Below are positions 60,201 to 64,000 of a DNA stretch of 64,000 bases, piece after piece. This DNA comes from Zygnema circumcarinatum SAG 698-1b (Eukaryota; Plantae; Zygnematophyceae): the NCBI GenBank assembly GCA_037447605.1, contig CM074817.1, forward strand, positions 124,001 through 188,000. The letters run 5' to 3'. Each line of letters opens with the position of its first letter. Position 1 is the first letter of the stretch. A program made the translations under genes and the position numbers. The notes beneath the pieces are model-generated. The model was not told the DNA's origin. It made no database searches and saw nothing but the letters and a program-made list of their open reading frames with translations.

Positions 60201-63200
60201 ATTCAGAAAGTGTTACTTTCGGGGATGGACGCAAGGGCCAGATCTCTGGTAGCGTCACACTCAAGATCAAGCTCCAATCCTACTCCGGGGCAGTGAAGTG
60301 CCTTCTGACACAACTGGCCTCTGGAACGGATGTTATTTTGGGGAGTGCTTGGTTAACCATGGTCAAAGCCCAATTGGACTTTTCCATCCCACACTGTATT
60401 CTGCACAGTGGGGATAGGCGCATCACACTACACCCTGGCAAAACCACATCCACTGCGTTCGCGCAGGTTGCTAGTCCTTATCTCTGCTCGGCTATGCAAT
60501 TGGCCAAGGCAGTTAAAGAGGGTTGCACCCTGTTCATGGTGCATGTCATGGCAGCCACTGAGGATGTTCATGACGAAGATCAGGAATGGCAGATCACATC
60601 TACGGATGTGCTCTCAGTCGTTCCACCCAAAATCCAACCTCTGTTGGATGAGTTCAGGGATGTTTTCCCACTGGCCTTCCAGGAGTTGCCACCATCTAGA
60701 GGAGTGGGCACACAATCCTCTTGAGCCCTGAGCAAAAGCCGCCCGCCGGCGGCCGACCCATCGGTCACGCTGAAGAAACCGAACAGACTGCGAAGCAGCT
60801 GCAACTTCACGTGATAAGGGCGGCACAGAACCCAGCTCAAGCCGCCGGGCTCATCATCTGGTCCGGGCAAAGATGGCCTCGTCGAGGATGTGCATTGATT
60901 ATCGCGCACTCAACAAGATCACTGTAAAGAACCGTTTTGCTTTACCACGTATTGATGATCTGTTGGATCGTCTTCACGGTGCCAAGGTGTTTACATCACT
61001 TGATCTCGCCCAGGGTATCATCAGATCTGCGTCACGGAAGCCGACGTGCTAAAATGCGTTTCGGATGTTGATCGGTCATTTCCAGATAAAGGTACCCCTT
61101 TCTGATTGATGGGCGCTTGGCGCTTTCCAGGCTGCGATGATCAGTGTTCATAAGCATGGATGAGTTTGTTTTGGTTTACCTCGATGATATCCTTGTCTTC
61201 AGTAAGACGGAGGAGTCACATCTTGAACACGTTCGGAAAGTGTTTGAGACCCTGAGGAAACACCAGTTTTATGCCAAGAGGAAGAAGTGTCACTTCATGC
61301 AACGTGAGTTGCTTTATCTTGGGCATATCCTCAATGATCAGGGTCTTCGACCTGATCCTGCCAAAGTTTCCGCGGTAGAAACTTGGGCGCCACCGACTGA
61401 CTTGCATCAGTTGAGGTCTTTCTTGGGATTTGCGAATTATTTTCGTAAGTTCATCCAAGGGTTTAGTAAGTTGGTTACTCCCTTGACTAATTTGACACGT
61501 TCCGGTGTCCCCTTCACATGGACCCCTGAATGCCAGAATGCATTCGAAGGTGTGCGCCATGCACTTGTTATTGACTCATTTTCCGCTCAGTGGACCTGTC
61601 CAAGCTCACTGAAGTGGTCTGATGCTTCGGGCTCCCTCTGGGCCCGCCTTGTTTCAAGGTGGCTGACCTCCGATGGCATAAAGTCGCAAATGAATCTGCT
61701 GAGTTAGCGATCTGGAACGGAGAGGAACTGCTTGGAAGGGGTCCATGCCCTGAGGACATGGCGGTGCTATTTAGAGGGGGCGAAAGCGGTCACGCTGGTC
61801 ACTGACCACCGCCCGCTGACGTTCCTCTCAACCCAACAGACCCTGTCTAGGCGGCAGGCACGCTGGTCTGAGTTCCTCCAAAGGTTTGACTGCCAGTGGG
61901 TCTATCGGCCCGGAAGGCTGAATGTAGCAGACCCACTGAGTAGGCAGCCTCGGCATCTTGCCTGGATGGTGCGCTCGTCGACTCGAGTGTTGGTGGAACG
62001 AGATGACAGAGGTGAGGGGCCGGCCAACCCCGAGTCTCCGTCTCCAGTATGCTTTGTCATAGATCCCTCCACCAGTGACGCAGTCAACCCTCCTGCTCTC
62101 TCTGATCTCAGACAGATGATTCAGGAGGGGTATACTGGTGATCCTTTGTTCCTGGATGGCCAAGGAAATGGCTATAAGAACAAAGTGGTGTCTAAGGACG
62201 GATTCTGGTACCACGGCCAGCAGTTGGTCGTGCCCAAGGCCGGGACTGTACGGCAGCTCATTCTGGGTGAGCTACATGATCCTCCGTACCGAGGTCACAT
62301 GGGAGTTGCCAAGACCCGTGAGGCACTGCTCCGAGAGTTCTGGTGGCCTGGACTCTCGAGGGATGTGAAAGCGTATGTACTCGCTTGTCCAACTTGTCAA
62401 CGAAACAAACCCCGCACTGGCAGGATCCCTGGCCAGCTGCAACCCCTCACACCTCCTTTTCGGAAATGGGACAGTGTGGGTATGGACTTGATCACAGATC
62501 TTCCTGTGACACCTCGGGGGCATGACTCCATCTCGCTTTGCTTTCAGGCCCAAGATGGTGCATCTTTGCATGAACTACTGGAGACCTCTGGTTGATTGCA
62601 TCTACGTCTGCTCACAAGTGACCATATGGTCTTCAGTCAGAAATTGTGTCTGACCGTGATCCACGATTCACCAGCCATTTTTGGACGGAAGTGCTCAAAA
62701 TCGTTGGGACCAAGCAGGCGTTGAGTACAGCTTTCCACCCGCAAACCGATGGCCAGACGGAACGGGTGAACAGGATCCTGGAGGATTACCTCCGGCATTA
62801 TGTGGGACCTACCCCGGATGGGTGGGACGAACTGCTCCCAGTGGCTGAGTATGCCATCAATAATGCTTTCCAGGAGTCCATTGGTACCACCCCTTTCTTC
62901 TTGAACTTTGGCCAGCATCCTCTAAATCCCCTGCAACCAAGGGATCAGCCCCCTGATCGTGGAACATGGGCGTCCACAGACCCCCACCCTCGCAGAGCTG
63001 AGAGGAACCACGGGGCTCAAACTCTCCGCAGTCAGACTTTTGTCCGCTAATGTCTGAGGGCGTGACACACGCAGACCTGCTGAGCCGCCCAGCCGCCACA
63101 AAAGGCCTTACATGCTGCCGACCGGGCTTCACCGTGATCTAACTCACCTTCACAACGAAGGGCGAGGTGTTGCTAAGCACGGCGAACTTGAGACTCAGCT

Positions 63201-64000
63201 TATGGCGGAACACGCAGCCGCGGGCCCGCCGACCTTTCCCGTGTCGCGGAAGCTTAATCAATGATGTCGCTATTGTGTTGATTTACCATCCCCATGAAGG
63301 CGATCCGCCTTCATGTGGGTTTATAAAGGTCTACCGTGAGTTGGCGGGGAGGATCCAACTACCCCCACTGGGGAACCTTGAAGGTGAACTTGGAGTATGG
63401 AAGTTGAAACCATTCAAGCCCACCGGCCTTGTGAGAAAGTGGTCGATCTTCCCGCCAGCGAATACTCTCGTGAAGTGGTTGGGCTATGGGGTTGAGCATA
63501 GCACATGGGAAGCTGAGGGCAACCTGACCAACTGCCAAGAGCTCATCAACTTGTACTGGGAGGCGCGGGCCGCTGGAGAGCGGGCGAGGGCGGCTCGGGG
63601 GGTTCCTGAACCGTCTTCGCGCAACTCGGAAAGGGACTTGACCGGGATTATCGCTGAGCCCTCCCGGTTATCACGTAGAGTTCGACGCGTGCCGTTGAAA
63701 CTACGAGCTGCCTTTACTACCCCACACACGTGAACGAGGACGTTCACATCCTCACAGGGGGGGAGTAATGTAGCGAAACGCTACTGTCACCCCAAGGGGG
63801 AAGGGTTACTTAGAGCTCGGCGTGGCTTTATGTTTCCATCCAATGCTGCACTCCCACCCAAGTAGAGCATCTGGAGCACCCTATGTGATCTACTCTGAGG
63901 TCCTGTGTTCGAACTCCAAGCACTGTTCACCGCTGGGGCCGCTACATAATCTCTTATGGGCCCCACGCCGCACAGGTCCCCTCCTCGCAGAGGAGGATCA
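57298..64000 (+). mobile_element. Ty3/gypsy chromovirus G2: 5' LTR 57298-58015, PBS about 58016-58028, gag 58278-59566, pol (extra domain, PR, RT, RH, IN, chromodomain) about 59545-63570, PPT 63756-63765, 3' LTR from 63769 running off-window
   Basis: Zn knuckle CFRCRKEGHKARDC; LLDTGADSNF; YLDDILVFS; WWPGL..DV; FHPQTDGQTERVNR; chromodomain LVKWLGYGVEHSTWEAEGNL; both LTRs start TGTAGCGAAACGCTAC; PBS TTTGG-ATCAGAGC. Confidence 0.93.
57375..57446 (+). other. tRNA-like A-box/B-box module in the G2 5' LTR (noisier equivalent at about 63845-63925)
   Basis: TACCTAACGGTTAGAGCA (D-arm/A-box-like) followed by GGAGGTCCTAGGTTCGAACC (T-arm/B box); the 3' LTR has GAGGTCCTGTGTTCGAACTC. Confidence 0.72.

Noticed and set aside
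1-64000. CRISPR arrays, rRNA genes or prokaryotic operons
   Set aside because: No regularly spaced repeat-spacer structure or rRNA-like sequence seen; the DNA is eukaryotic with spliceosomal introns.

Overview
Eukaryotic, GC-rich, intron-containing plant-lineage DNA, most likely a streptophyte alga (inferred from a BRAHMA orthologue, beta-expansin-like genes and CT-microsatellite introns; not provable from sequence alone). It is a draft scaffold with ten N gaps. Host genes: (1) a beta-expansin-like gene on the minus strand (207-2261, last exon off-window); (2) the 3' half of BRAHMA (4747-8604, minus), cut by a gap; (3) an 11-exon gene (45052-48267) encoding TWO expansin modules joined by an extensin-like Pro-rich linker, followed by a second partial copy. 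About 70% of the window is LTR retrotransposon. 8.6-41.9 kb is a multi-level nest of Ty1/copia families (here A, B, C) inside a Ty3/gypsy element, resolved by 5-bp target-site duplications. 50.6-64 kb holds a copia (D) carrying a 444-bp TRIM, and a near-complete chromovirus. Best leads: the tandem expansin whose first module is degenerate; tRNA-like Pol III A/B-box modules and a shared terminal hairpin in the LTRs of both the TRIM and the coding chromovirus; a roughly 200-aa insert between Gag and protease in two gypsy elements that resembles a decayed N6-adenine DNA methyltransferase; and an antisense tRNA-iMet PBS inside LTR family B. Caveat: many TE stretches are indel-rich (probably low-accuracy long-read fill), so frameshifts and LTR divergence there cannot be taken at face value. 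All alignments were done by eye and no database searches were run.
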